A stretch of 59,045 nucleotides of DNA, the filler included, from Sphacelaria rigidula (lineage: Eukaryota): assembly GCA_964200075.2 (NCBI GenBank). It is 6 parts of 6 records of this genome, joined end to end, with 100 filler letters (N's around TTAATTAATTAA, not from the genome) between each part and the next. Parts side by side here need not be neighbours in the genome. Positions count along the whole stretch, not along the records: positions 9,860 to 19,618 come from CAXNAA020007824.1; positions 19,719 to 29,475 come from CAXNAA020007825.1; 4 more parts are not named here. The stretch is one strand, 5' to 3'. The translations under genes and the position numbers were made by a program. The notes below the pieces were generated by a model. It saw only the letters and a program-made list of their open reading frames with translations. It searched no databases and was not told the origin of the DNA. Of this stretch, positions 12,641 to 24,606 are shown piece after piece. Positions within the stretch are counted from its first letter, which is position 1. Every line of letters begins with the position of its first letter.

Positions 12641-14929
12641 GGACAACCCCGAGCACAACGACGGGGGGGGCGGTGGAGCTCCCGAACTCCCAAGGACGGA
12701 GCTAAACTGTCTTGTACTCGACGACGAGTTGTCTCTGCCTCCACAAATGGCAGGGCGCACGCGCAGTGCGACAAGAGCGGCAGCCGACCGGAACGAGCTA
12801 GCATCGGCGGCAGAGGAGCTGGAGAAAATGCAGGTGTAGGGAAGAGAGGAATATCTTCCCCGCGTGATGGCGAGAGCTCAAGCGAGGGCTCAAGTGGAAA
12901 TTGTACTCTATGGAATGGCGGAGGATAGATGCGGGATGACGGACCTGATCACTGCAGCAGCCGGATCAGAGGTGGGAGGCAGCGCGGCCATGTTGATCGA
13001 GGAGACTTTTGCGGAGTAGGAGTATTTATATTTTTCGGCCCAAAATGGAACAAAGGCAGGGCCCAGCTTTGGCTTGCGGTGGCTTGCGTCCCCCATCGGT
13101 CTCCACGTGAGAGTGGTCAAAATCCCCCGTAACAGTAGAAGACATAGAGACATCGGAATATAAGGAAATATGTGTGAGTGCCATGCGTGCAGAACTGAAT
13201 GGGCATGAAACCGCCGGTACATTCTCAGGAGAAGAAATCCCAAAAGGAGGAAATATCATTACGGAAAAATGGGTGTCCAGTTGGAAAACCGACGCTAACG
13301 ATGCAATTACTAAAGCGAAGACGAGACTTCTAGCGCGTGGATTTGGCCAGAGATTCGTGGTTGACTATTTCGAGACATTTGCAGCCACCTCACCCATGAC
13401 ATCAATATAAATGGTCATGGCCGTAGCAGTGCAGAGAGGATGGCCACTGTATCACTTCGACGTTACCCAAGCTTTTGTACGAGAAAAAATAGTCACGAAT
13501 GTGTTCATGAAGCTCCCAGACGGGTGTGCCCCCTTGACAGGTTTTACGGTTAGACTCGAGAAATCCATATACGGTGTTAAGCAAGCAGGGGGACAATGGT
13601 CCCTCCTCCTGAACACAACATTGATGGAGGATGCAGGAATGTTACAAAGTAAGGCTGACCCGTGTGTGTGCAAACAGGATAAAAGGGGGAGTGTGTGTGT
13701 CATACCCGTTGTGCATGTAGACGACGGTTCAATGGTATATGGGGTGTGCCATAGAGAGGGACTGGAAGAGAGGTACTGTGTATGTGAATCAGACGACCTT
13801 TATCGACACCATGCTGAAGCGTCTTGAAGTTACGGCTTCTTCTGACATTCCTGCCCCAGTATCAGCAGGCTTAGGACCGGTGAACCAAGGAGACAAGGTG
13901 GTGGATAGACCATACCGGAGTGCCGTAAGAGGGTTGATTTGGTTGGCCGGGGTAACCAGATCTGACACAGCAAGTGCAGCCCGGGACATGACCCGTCAAT
14001 CACATGACCCATGAGGAAGACACTGGCGAGGGGTGTTGAAAGTTTAGCGTACCTCAATCGAACCAGAAATTACGGTCTGACTTTCAGTTCAAGGGAAAGT
14101 ATGCTCTCAGTCTATTGTGGTGCTGACTGTGCGAGGAAAGAGACAGTCAGGCGATCCGTTTCCAGGGTAGCCGTGATGGACGGGGGGATAGTAGTATCGA
14201 GCATTATTAGTCGAACGTAACACTGCGTTACCCTGTCAGCCACCGAAGCCGAGTATGTAGCTATGGCTGGAGGGACGAAGGAATATATGTTTGCCATGTC
14301 GGGACTGTCTTTCCTACGACCAAGGGCTGTGTTAGGACGGCAAGTGGAGTATGACATTGTTCTCCAGGAGGCCAACGAGGGGGCCAAGGCTCTAGCCGAC
14401 AACCCTCTCAGCTCGGGTCGTAGTAGGCATAACGACGTGAGGTGGCACTTTATTAGGAACTTACTTAGGACGGGAGCAGTAAGGATCGTACATGTGGATT
14501 CGGAGTGGCAACACGCTGATATTTTTACAACGCCGCTCCCAATCACGCTGTTCAAGAAGCATCGTCGCGCCTTGATGAACATTGGGGACAGTGAGTAGGC
14601 ACATACTTTGTTCTTGTGTGTGTCTTTCGATTTAAAAGCTCTGAATGTTCCAGTTCATGGTTCACGTAATGAATCTTCACTTTTGTCCGGTGAAGCCGCT
14701 CACGCTACTTTGTGGGGCATGGGTTTGTAGGGCGTTTCCCGTTGTCAAGTGCAGGTGCCCTGGCCTGGGCGTCTGTCAAAAAGGGCTGTTTATTTTTGAG
14801 CACAAGCGATGGGGTTTGTGTGATGGGGGGTTTTGCTCGAAAGGCCGAGTTTCCTCCTTGAAACATTTCCTCATTGGAACTTTTCGTTTTTTTCGAGCTT
14901 TGAGTGCTGAGGTATCCGATCAGGGGGGG

Positions 14930-15184
14930 TATTCGAGTGAATCAGATACCCAGTAGTTCTGCATCTACGCAGAACAGGGGATCGCGGTGACGTACGAGTA
15001 CCGACGGTCTAGTGTGTGCAATTATGGTACAGTACGGATGACGGCGGGCACAGCCGCACGCAACCGTCCCCACTCTCTCTCATTGGCTTCCGTCTTCTCC
15101 AGCACTTTCCCAAGTTACAGTAGAACTTGGGTGCTCTCTAATAAAAGATATAAAACCATTACCCTGTGCCTGAGCCAAGTAACA
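14930..15184 (+). repeat. Putative 3' LTR of the copia element (~255 bp)
   Basis: Follows the polypurine tract AGGGGGGG (14922-14929). Begins TATT (probably a mutated TGTT), contains AATAAA near 15140 and ends AACA. The 5' LTR is absent, so the boundaries are unconfirmed. Confidence 0.6.
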
Positions 15185-15373
15185 CACTACGCTTCACCGC
15201 CCTTACACCACTTCATTGCACTATGGTGCACTACAGGGCACTGTAGTGTTGCAATACTGTGCAGGGTAGGGTAAAGTATGTGAAGCATAGAGAGTGCAAT
15301 GCAAAACCGTACAACAGTACATCGTGGTACGGTAAAGTACAGCGATACCGCACAGTCAGCTGTACAACAGTAG

Positions 15374-15595
15374 TACCGTGTAATGCGTGAGAGGACCGCG
15401 TGCTTAGAGGATCGCGCCGTGGTCCAAAACACCCCAGGATCGACGTTTTTTGGAACGAATCGGGCCAGTCCCTGCAGGAACCACGCCCCTGACTCTAACC
15501 CCAACACTAACACTAACCCTAACCCTAGCCATAAGGATGTTCAAATTCAGATGCGGTCTTCTAAGTACGCGGTCCTCTCACGCATTACAACAGTA
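15374..15595. mobile_element. MITE (pogo/Tc1-mariner-like, probable TA TSD) containing telomere-like CCCTAA motifs
   Basis: TIR TGTAATGCGTGAGAGGACCGCGT(G/A)CTTAGA(G/A)GA(T/C)CGC at 15379-15415 and 15553-15589, extending to TAC(C/T)GT ends. The interior is homologous to 19465-19541 on the reverse strand. Confidence 0.75.
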
Positions 15596-16655
15596 CCCAG
15601 CACTTCCAAACAACAGACAGAACCACATCGCAATGATTGCCAACATGTCACCCAAATAACGGTGGTGCAAGACATCATAACCTCTAACGGAATGGCTATG
15701 CAGCCAGATGTAGTACCTGTGCGCTGTAGTCTACGAATCGTTCACACCGTCTTCTTCCAGCCGAGGCTGGCAAGAGTGAGGGACTGCACCCATGGCAACG
15801 TCGTGTGTCCGCCGAGCATTAAAACTTCACGCAACACAACCAAATCAACTCTGAAAGGCCAAGTGATTGCGATGCCAAGCGTCGCTACTTCGTGAATGGC
15901 TCGTTGTGATGAGCATGACAGTTGTGATGGGTGTCCCACTTTGTCTGTTACGACATATTGATTTTAGACTGGCGGTGACTGTGGTGGTGAAGGTGGCGGG
16001 GTGGTACTTTTCGTTTCGCTCTGAGTTTTGAACAGGTACAACATCGATTTTCAGAGTGTAGAGGTCAAAACGGGTATATGAGTCGGAAACCCTCGCTCTG
16101 AAAACAAATCACAGAGGAACGTGCACCGTCACCGGCTATTGTTCCTTCCCCTCCGACTCTAAGATGCGAAAACAAAACCCGAAACTCTCTAATAGGATAT
16201 TTGTTTCGCTTCACTACATTTTACGCCATACGAGGTCAACGGTGTTTTTTTTTCCAGTGATGGAGATCTGTCTCCCACAACACTGAATAAATTCAACTCA
16301 GAAGCCTTTTGTTATACGGGCTTCGTATCGGGAATCCATTTAGAGAAGGCTGAGTAGTGGTGAACACTTTAAAAATCGCACCTCGCGGAATTATCCGATC
16401 GCGACTTCAGTTGGTATAAGTCTCTTCTGCATGAAAGCTCTTGTGGATTGGAAAAGTGGGGGAACCGTGTTCAGAATTCGTGCGTGTGACAGTCCTTCTA
16501 GGTCATTTCACGCGGCCTGCAGCACAGGTGGTCCGAACATGTCATACACGCCAACAAACACAACAGCAATGCAATCGACCAGTCTTCAACACATACGTCT
16601 TGAACATAAAACGCCATGAAATAATACAGTCAAACACACACATACACATACTCAC

Positions 16656-17161
16656 GTTCCACCGAAGTGACGGTGAACGGTGTCCGCGATGAGGATAGCC
16701 GGGGCGGGTCGCACGAGATAAACGAGCCTCAGGTCTACTCCGGCACGCTCCGCCTCCTCTGCCAGAATTCTAAAGTCAACGTACTGAAGGGCCTTGTGAT
16801 CACCATCGAAGTCGGGGTACGACATCATGCCGACGCCTCGGCAGTTGCCGGAGCCTACCATCGTGGCCTCTCCCTCCGACAATCGGTCGCCTGCCGCCTT
16901 TAACTTTTCCATCTCTTGCCGGAGCGTCTTCCTCGCTTCGAGGTACTGTTTCGTGGTCTTCGGATTACCAAGGCCTGGGTACAGCGCCTTCGCGATCGAG
17001 CAGAAGTCTAGACAGGGTACTGTCGCGGTCGTACACATGTCATCGAGTACACCGTACAGGTAATGATGCCCCGTGCCCTCGAGTCCCACGAGATAGATGA
17101 GGCGGAGTTTCGAGCCATGCACGGTTTTCGACACGATCTCGCCGACGCCATTCGTGTCGAT
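16656..17161 (-). CDS. Internal exon of a P-loop sulfotransferase-like protein
   Basis: 506-nt exon with acceptor TAACAG (ending 17162) and donor GTGAGT (from 16655). Open frame IDTNGVGEIVSKTVHGSKLRLIYLVGLEGTGHHYL...MMSYPDF...VDLRLVYLVRPAPAILIADTVHRHFG. The hydrophobic strand plus GLEGTGHH resembles the 5'-PSB loop and VYLVRP resembles the 3'-PB motif. Confidence 0.7.
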
Positions 17162-17826
17162 CTGTTACAACGAGCAGTGAAGCAACACAATAAGCACATA
17201 TGCATATATACCAAGATGACGGATCGTCTTGTGGGCGCATTTGTCTATGCATGTCGGTAGGTAAAACGGGGGGGGTGATTCTATGGTAGGGGTGCACACT
17301 TTTATCTGAGGGTCTACACTGTCGGAGCCTCTGGATGACAAACATCTCGGCGTTAGTGTGCAGCCTCAGAAACCTTTTGGACTAAAAGGTATTCAAATGA
17401 CGATGTTGTCCAGACGACCTTACAGCAGTAATAGCCCCGCGCTATGTGCTTAAACAGATTAATGTCCTTTTGCAGTAAGTGAGAAGATGAAGCCGTGTTT
17501 AAAATCTTCATTATTACTATCCACACGTAAAAAATTAGGCGAAGGGAGGTCAGGGAGACGAGTGAGAGAGTAGGACGGACAGTACTACCCTATCACGACT
17601 GCCTACGATCCAAACTCTGCTGGGACGCAAGATCCGCAACAGATACGCTTACAGCTCCCACAACATAGGAACTCGGAACAATTTGCTTCTGTTCAATTAC
17701 AAGGCACGTTCTCAGTAACTATCCAAAAATACTCGAATACCCCGCGATTTCCGCGCTCATGCTTTTGGCTCCTGTTCGTAGATCAACTCTATTGAACACC
17801 CTAGCTTTATCGACTAGCAAGCCTAA

Positions 17827-18015
17827 GGGCCTGTCTTAGCACATGAGTTTTCGATCGAAAAAGTGCGGTGGAATAAAAAAATCCTGATATGATAGGTCAT
17901 GATTTCAACATTCTTCAATATTAATGGCGGTGGTTGAAATTACGACCTATCAGATCGGGATTTTTGCTTTCCACCGCACAATTTCGATCGAAAACTCATG
18001 TGCTAAGACAGGGCT
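17827..18015. mobile_element. Foldback MITE with ~80-bp arms, PIF/Harbinger (Tourist)-like
   Basis: CCTGTCTTAGCACATGAGTTTTCGATCGAAA..GTGCGGTGGAA...GATAGGTC.T.ATTTCAAC is mirrored across a ~20-nt spacer. G-rich start with TAA on the left flank. Confidence 0.75.
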
Positions 18016-18129
18016 CAAGTAGGGTATTATTATTGTCGAATAAACTACATCAGATCAAATTCCCTACTGTCGTCGCTTAATTCAAATGATGGGGTCCACC
18101 ACAACAAAGTAACATACATGGTGAATTCT

Positions 18130-19210
18130 ACATCCTGCCGCAGAGAAAATCACGGTGCCTTTCGAAACTCCCTCTTCCAATGGTGCTGGTTAGAATATCC
18201 GTATACTGTTCTTCTGATTCAAGATACTTCACGGATATGCCACCATTAGCAACCAGCTCTCCAAAAAATGGTACCGTGCATCAATGTGTCTGCTGTTGGA
18301 CGAGCTCCAGGAATTTCCAGCAGGGTCCATCGCCCTCTTGCTCTCCTCAAAAACGCCAATGCTTTTCGACCCCAAACTGGTCATTAGGAACTTCAGAATC
18401 CCCCTTACATACAGGGCCCTGTATAACAAGGCCTCCTCGACACCGTCTGCGATTGCTACATTCTCTGCCTCAGTAGTAGGTAGGGTGACGCACTTCTGCG
18501 TCTTGGAGAACGAAGACAGTAGCTTACCTCCACAGCAAACAGCTACACCGGAAACAGGACGTCGGTCCTCCGCCTTATCGGCGTGGTCTGCGTCTACGTA
18601 CGTATCTGAGTCAAATTCCAACTGAATACATCCCAAATTGCTACTGTTCTCGAAAAGTAAACCTAAGCCCGACGTAGTATTCTAATACTCAAGTGTCTTC
18701 TGTGCCGCCTTGTAATGAGTCAGCTTCGGCTCATCAGAGAACCGAGCGATTGTCCGATTTGCATTCGCGACATCGGGCCTCGTCCGATTCGCTATCCACA
18801 TCAAGCTCCCCACGATCTCACGGGAAGACACATCCACCACAGTCTCCTCCTCACTTGCATGACTGAGTTCTGAGGAAGGGGTAGCGGGAATGGGGCTAGT
18901 CTTCGATACGTCGAATCTATTTAGCACACTCCTAATGAATCAGGTTTGTGAAATATCAAGGAACCTTCATCCTGGTCCCTTTTGTACTCACTCCCCATGT
19001 ACCACTCTACCTTCCCGAGATGTTTAGTGAGAAATCTCTGAATGAGTACACCGAGTATCACCTTAGCCACCTTCTCAGTAACCATCACGATGTCGTCCAC
19101 AGAAAAGATCATCATCGCCAAAACGGCATCAGTAACCCTCACTCGAAACACACAGGGATCTACCAAGCATTGCTCGAAACCACACTCCACCAGGGTTGAC
19201 GACAATAGTT
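18130..19210 (-). mobile_element. Degenerate Ty1/copia RT-RNase H fragment
   Basis: GFEQCLVDPCVF, FSVDDI, REIVGSLMWIANRTRPDVA, YVDADHADKAEDRRPVSG, KTQKCVTLPTTEAE, RHIDARYHFL; frameshifted. Confidence 0.9.
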
Positions 19211-19352
19211 GAGCATTGCTACGGTAGGGGTGCACTTTTTGCGCAAAATCTTGTCTGGTTCAGGGGCTGCTAACGATTCTAGATGAGCAAGAAAATAGGT
19301 CAGGGCATCCCCGTTTGCAAATTCATTCGGGATATCCCCAGCACATTGGAAT
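19211..19352. mobile_element. Partial copy of the Sola2-like MITE family also at 49357-49557 and 53440-53658
   Basis: Starts GAGCATTGCTACGGTAGGGGTGCACTTTTTGCGC. About 140 bp match the reverse complement of 49357-49499. Confidence 0.8.
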
Positions 19353-19618
19353 CCGTGCAAAGCCTTGTCAATACCTACTACCCTTACCAGGTACTGATCC
19401 ACGACCGGGGTGCAGGCGCAAGTAGATATCGGTGTCCAACTCCCACCTGTTCTACATCAGAGTACCTTAGGTTAGTGTCGGGGTTAGGGTCAGGGGCGTA
19501 GTACCTGCAGGGATTGGCCCGATTGGTTTTGAAAAACGTCGGAGTCATCCTACGATAGGGTGTACTCATGATCATGCATACCATAGTCACAAGACCATAG
19601 ACCTCGCATCCCTACAAT

Positions 19619-19718
19619 NNNNNNNNNNNNNNNNNNNNNNNNNNNNNNNNNNNNNNNNNNNNTTAATTAATTAANNNNNNNNNNNNNNNNNNNNNNNNNN
19701 NNNNNNNNNNNNNNNNNN
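19619..19718. other. Artificial contig spacer
   Basis: N44-TTAATTAATTAA-N44. Confidence 0.98.
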
Positions 19719-22459
19719 CGAATTATAGTACAGACAGTTTGTACCTGGAAAGAGGTTGGATGAAACTTTCGGTCTTTATCTTACCCTGTCGTTACATACG
19801 GACGTTGATTTTCAGCAACATGAAGCCACTGTTTCATGCATATGCAGGACACGTCATTCCTAACCAGCTTCGTTGGTCGTTCCGGAGGCCCAGTCCCAAA
19901 CGGGTTAATTGGCTTTTCTATACACTTATATTTATATATATATATATATGTGTGCGTGTATAAATCATCACAGTCAGTTCAACCGCTGCTTCCAGTGCAC
20001 GAGATTGTGGTGTGCAATTTTTCTTCCTTCACTTCATTTTTACTGGATAGAGTGCATGTCTTTGGTGTGAGGAAGGCTACTCTGTATGTTGATCAAAAGG
20101 CGAAAGTGCACGCGCGCGCGCGAAGGGGCCGTGAACAGTAGCAATACGGACGAAGCACATCTTCCCGACAGGATTTTTGAGTGGAGAGACGTTGTTTGAA
20201 TACTTACTGCGAGCACCGCAAAATGAGCACGAAGCGTATAATGGTTGGAGGGGGCATCAAACAAACAGGCGTTCCTGTTTCTTCGTCACCGAGTTTGAAC
20301 CAACTGCATCACTTGACATGGGGTCCCAGATGGCGTCTTTTCCTGTAGCATCCTGCATCGAAGCTACCACAGGCGAAGTTCTTGGTTGTAATTTTGAAAT
20401 GCACGTGGCCGCGTTCTCTCCAATACAGAACGGATTCCCGTCGAACCAAACACTGGCATGTGTAGATGAGTAAGGGCTGGTAGCACTGGCGCCTACGTGC
20501 GTGAGTGGTGGGTGTCCTCTCTTCGAGGCTCGGTGTGCAGATGCTGTGTTGTTTAATTTGCGGCAATACAGAAAATGTTGGACCAATAATCACTTCCAGA
20601 ACCGCCGCATACCTAATCTTTGTGCAGATCTGGGCTTGGATCTGGACAAAAAATGCTCTTGGTAAGACTAAAATAGGTCGTTGTACAAAGAATCTTTTTA
20701 ACCCTTAGGCGAGGAGGAAGGTAGTTCATCTGGATCGTGCATATTTCTTCGAGTGATACTGATGCCGATTCAACAGATGACCTACTCTTGCTGTCCAAGG
20801 ATTGATCTTTCTTCGAAAAGCGATTCCCAGCAAAACCATCAATCGCCTCCGGTGAAATCCTGCTGAAGACTCAAACAGGTCATCATGGATGCAATTTTTT
20901 CTAATAAAATGATCTGAAGTGGAACAATGAATCATTTCCGATAAGGCGACCTTACCTATTCGGATATCTCAGAAAATTCCGGGCTTTTCGGACTATCCGT
21001 GCAGACTTCCCAGACAAACGAAGCAGCTTTTGATTTTGTCTCCGAAGCTGCATTTTTGGACAAGTCCGAAAAATTCGGATTGCAACGCAGCACTCGGGAG
21101 AGCTGCCCCTGTGTGTATGTACGCCCTGGCGCACGCAAACTTCTGAGTCATCAGGTATCTTCGTAGTTCCGAAAAATTCGGATATCTCTAAAAATACATT
21201 GTCGGTGGTAGCGGGCCCCTAGAGGGCTATTTGATACGGTTCTATTTTTTGTTTTTTTGTCGTATTTTCCATTTTTGGGATATTTTTTGTAGAGGTAACC
21301 GGCGTTGGGCTACAAATGTCCATGATTGATATTACTTGATTTGAGTGTGTACAACGATAATCGGATATTTAGTAGGGCTGACAGTCCCGTGTGCTCCCAG
21401 CGAGCGCAGGAAGCGTGATCTTTGAAATCTGCGCGACAGGCGGCGAGTTGGGGTCTACCACGGCCGCACTTTGCCGAGGGAATGCTGTGTGCCGCCCTTG
21501 CCCGAGGGTTCTCGGTTAGCATTGGGTTGGGGTTCGGGTTAGGGGTAGCGATACTTGTGAAATGTGTCAACCTTAACATTTGTAGCCCAACACCGGTCAA
21601 CTAGCCTCCAAACTTTACACGGATGATGGCCCCCGAAGAGGGGATATCACCATCACACGACTTGAACAATTTGAATCGCCCCACCGAGAGGAGTTTGACC
21701 CATTTTTCCGATTCGCTTGGCTACGGGGGTTTGAGAGGAGCCTCTGGACAAAAGTACAGGTGGAAAAAAAATGCGGGTGCGGTGTCTGCAGGTATCACAC
21801 AACAGAATAGTGATGAGCTTAAGTACATATGAGACCGGACGTGGGTGTGTCTGTGCTGTAGTACGGTGAAACAAGACATGTCCCATGTTTTACTTTTTCG
21901 GCTGATTTTAAACGGGTCCTCAGTGTTTGCCGGGTGCCAATCTTGAAAGCTCGACCATAATGGCGCTTCGCGCAAATAATTCAATGTACTGCAAAATCAT
22001 CCCCATGATGGGTCCTGTGCCATTTCTCTCGTTGGAATCGAATATATCTGCTGACATCGCATTTTTTCAGAAGTTCATGTGTACGGAGGAAATCGCGTTT
22101 TTTTTGTTCCTGCTCTAAGATCAACAGTGAAACGAGTTTGAAGCAGGAAATGGCGATAAGAAAAACAAGACACGGACAAGGGGAATCGAACCAGCGTGTG
22201 CGCGTTGCGAAATACATCGTCTCCCTTACTCATAGGAGCCATTAAATAAAGATAAAAACGTGGTTTAAAATCCGTAGCAGGAGCCGCACTAACCGTTCGA
22301 AGCGGAAAGTGCGCGGATCGAGTCCTCTTGCCGGTTACTTTTTCGTGCTCCCCTTTTTTGTTGCATTTTGTTTTTGTTTTGAAGCTACGGTCTTGAATCC
22401 GTGAAACCACAGTTTTATCCTTATCCGATCCGCACACGTCCCTGATTTTTTTGTCTAGC

Positions 22460-23170
22460 CGTTTTTTGTCCAGGGTCCAGAGGCTGTTCTCGAAACCTCA
22501 GAGCCAAGCGAACCTGAAAAATGGGCTAGACTCCTCTCGGTTGGGCGATGTCGAGTGCAAATACATGACCTGCAGACACCGCATTTTATTTTCCAGCTGT
22601 ATTTTTGTCCAGAAGCCGTTCTCGAAATCTCGGAGCCGAGCAAATCGGTAAAATGAGCTAGACTCCTCCCGGTGGGGCGATGCTGTGTGTTGAACATGTG
22701 TGATGGCGATATTCGCTGTTTGGGGGCTAAAAATGGTGTTAGATATCCCAATAAGGAAAATACGAGAAAAAAAATGCGAACCGTAAGATGATTTACCAAG
22801 AACGAGTTTACCTATTATACGGTCGGTACTTTTTTGGGGAAGGTAGTATTTTTCACTTGTTGGATCATTTTTTCTGACAGCCAATCCGTATTCGTACAAA
22901 TATGAGCAGGCAACGGACTGGGGTCCGAACAATCATCCGGAGAAAATCGCCTGTAGACGAGCTGAAATCCTCATATTTATATTTGCATTGCCCCACGGAC
23001 TAGGGTCCGATAAATTGATCCACGGGAGAAAATCACCTGTACACAGGCTGGAGTCCTCATATTTGTACGTTTTTCGGCCTAATGGGCTGGGGTCCGCAAA
23101 ATCAATCCACGGGCGAAAATCACCCGTGTGTGTGTTGTCTGTAGACGGGCTGAAATCCTCATATTCGAGT
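22460..23170. repeat. Degenerate tandem repeats (~125-bp unit x2, then ~85-bp unit x3), probably TE subterminal arrays
   Basis: GTCCAGA.GC.GTTCTCGAAA.CTC.GAGCC...GCTAGACTCCTC.CGGT.GGGCGATG occurs twice. GGGTCCG....AT...CG..GAAAATC.CC...GCTG.A.TCCTCATATT occurs three times. Confidence 0.7.
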
Positions 23171-23845
23171 GATCTTCCTTTTCAATAATCTGGAGGCGGT
23201 ATTCTTGAAGATTAGACGCGCCAACACAGTACACCAGGCGTCTAATGATACTGAAACTTGACGTATGTGTGGACTGAAGCCGCAGGTAGGTGTTGGTGCA
23301 GCAGTTTCGGCGACCCAAGGCGTTTTGTGCGCTGCGGGGCTTGAAAGGATGATTACGCACGATGCTGCAGTGATTCCGGAAACAAGAACACTTTCTGATG
23401 ACAATTTCAAGGGGTAAATTTAACGATATGAAATTCGCGCGGGGGCTGAAGTAGATCTTGCCATCTTCGTTATTTACATCGGCTCTCTGTTGGTCGAGGC
23501 TGGCACCAAGGCTGGGAATAACCACCAGATACGGTTCTCCATATGTGAGAGGCAGACGCCCCTGAGCTTTAAACGCCGTGCCGAGCAAGACGCGGTCGCA
23601 CAACGCAGCCAAGGAGGCGAGTGTCTTCTGTAAAGGACCACTGCGGACCTGCTCGGGAGGGGTCAATGTCTCCTCCCTTACAGCGCCAGACTTAGAGTGG
23701 TCGTTACCACGACCGTCTGAAAATGACAGGAGCAGTTGCTGTAGTTTTCTTTTATCGGAATAAATCAGATATTCTTCCGTTGTGTGTTCCCACATGAATA
23801 TATTTACCCTTCTCTGTTCCTTCTTTTCTTCAGAGCAGTAGAGCT

Positions 23846-24155
23846 GAGGATTTGTGCGTAAACAATGGTTGGTACTCGATTTTACTTGATTTTAGAATCA
23901 ACAAAGTTCTTGGAAAATTCATGGTCTGGGGCAGGTGAGCAGTGGTGAGCAGTAGACCCAGCTCGTCCAGAACGTGTTTTGGTCCAAAATCGGCTGAAAG
24001 GCGTCGATTTGAGCTTTGGCAACGCACACTTTGCCTAGGGAACACTCTGCACCCCCTTGCCCGAGGGTTCTCGGTATGCCTTGGTCGGGGTTAGGGTTAG
24101 CGTTAGGGTTGGCGGCATCTCCACAGTACCAACCATTGTTTACGTACAAATCCTC
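23846..24155. mobile_element. Sola2-like MITE (310 bp) with internal GGGTTA motifs
   Basis: TIR GAGGATTTGT(G/A)CGTAAACAATGGTTGGTACT at both ends. Flanks are AGCT / AGGT (4-bp TSD, one mismatch). The interior is homologous to 21465-21550. Confidence 0.75.
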
Positions 24156-24606
24156 AGGTCGCCTCCTTCAGAGCGTGTTTCAGTTTCGTTTTTCTTGGGT
24201 ACGTCCATCATGAGACCACGCCTGGACCCCTGGGGGGTCAGTTAAAGTGCGACAATCCAGAAATCAATCGATCGATCGCTCTGGCGGGCGCGTCATCGCC
24301 CTTGTCCCAGAATAGGATGGTGTGCGAGTTGCATTTTTTTTTTTTTCACACGAATGGATCGCGGATCTTCTAACCCGGTAGAGGCGTGGCTCGAAACGTA
24401 CAGTCAGTGCCATAGTACTCGTTGTACTGGCACCAGGAACACACTGCAAACACACAGTGTCAACTTCGTCGGGTATTACCGTGCGCGTACACATTTCGTG
24501 CAAAAAAAGCTTTCTACATTCGTAGTGATATGCATTCTTTCCCATCCGGCTGTCAAACGCGCGAATGCTGGTCTGTAGTGCCAGGTATCCGTGCGGATGT
24601 GGAAAC

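Larger units (their letters stand above)
9860..15184 (+). mobile_element. Ty1/copia LTR retrotransposon, 5'-truncated by the contig end, degenerate gag-pol plus 3' LTR
   Basis: Zinc knuckles CHVCQKMTTHRARDC and CGRCGKRGH; protease WALDTGATSHF; GAG-pre-integrase H..HAHEDLVRQTA and CRGC; integrase (YMMIVRDDCSR, VRSDGRGEF, PQYNGVAER); RT (KTRLLARGFGQ, HFDVTQAF, LEKSIYGVKQAG, VHVDD); RNase H (RWHFIR, HADIFTTPL). The order PR-INT-RT-RH is the copia order. Multiple stops and frameshifts. Confidence 0.95.
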
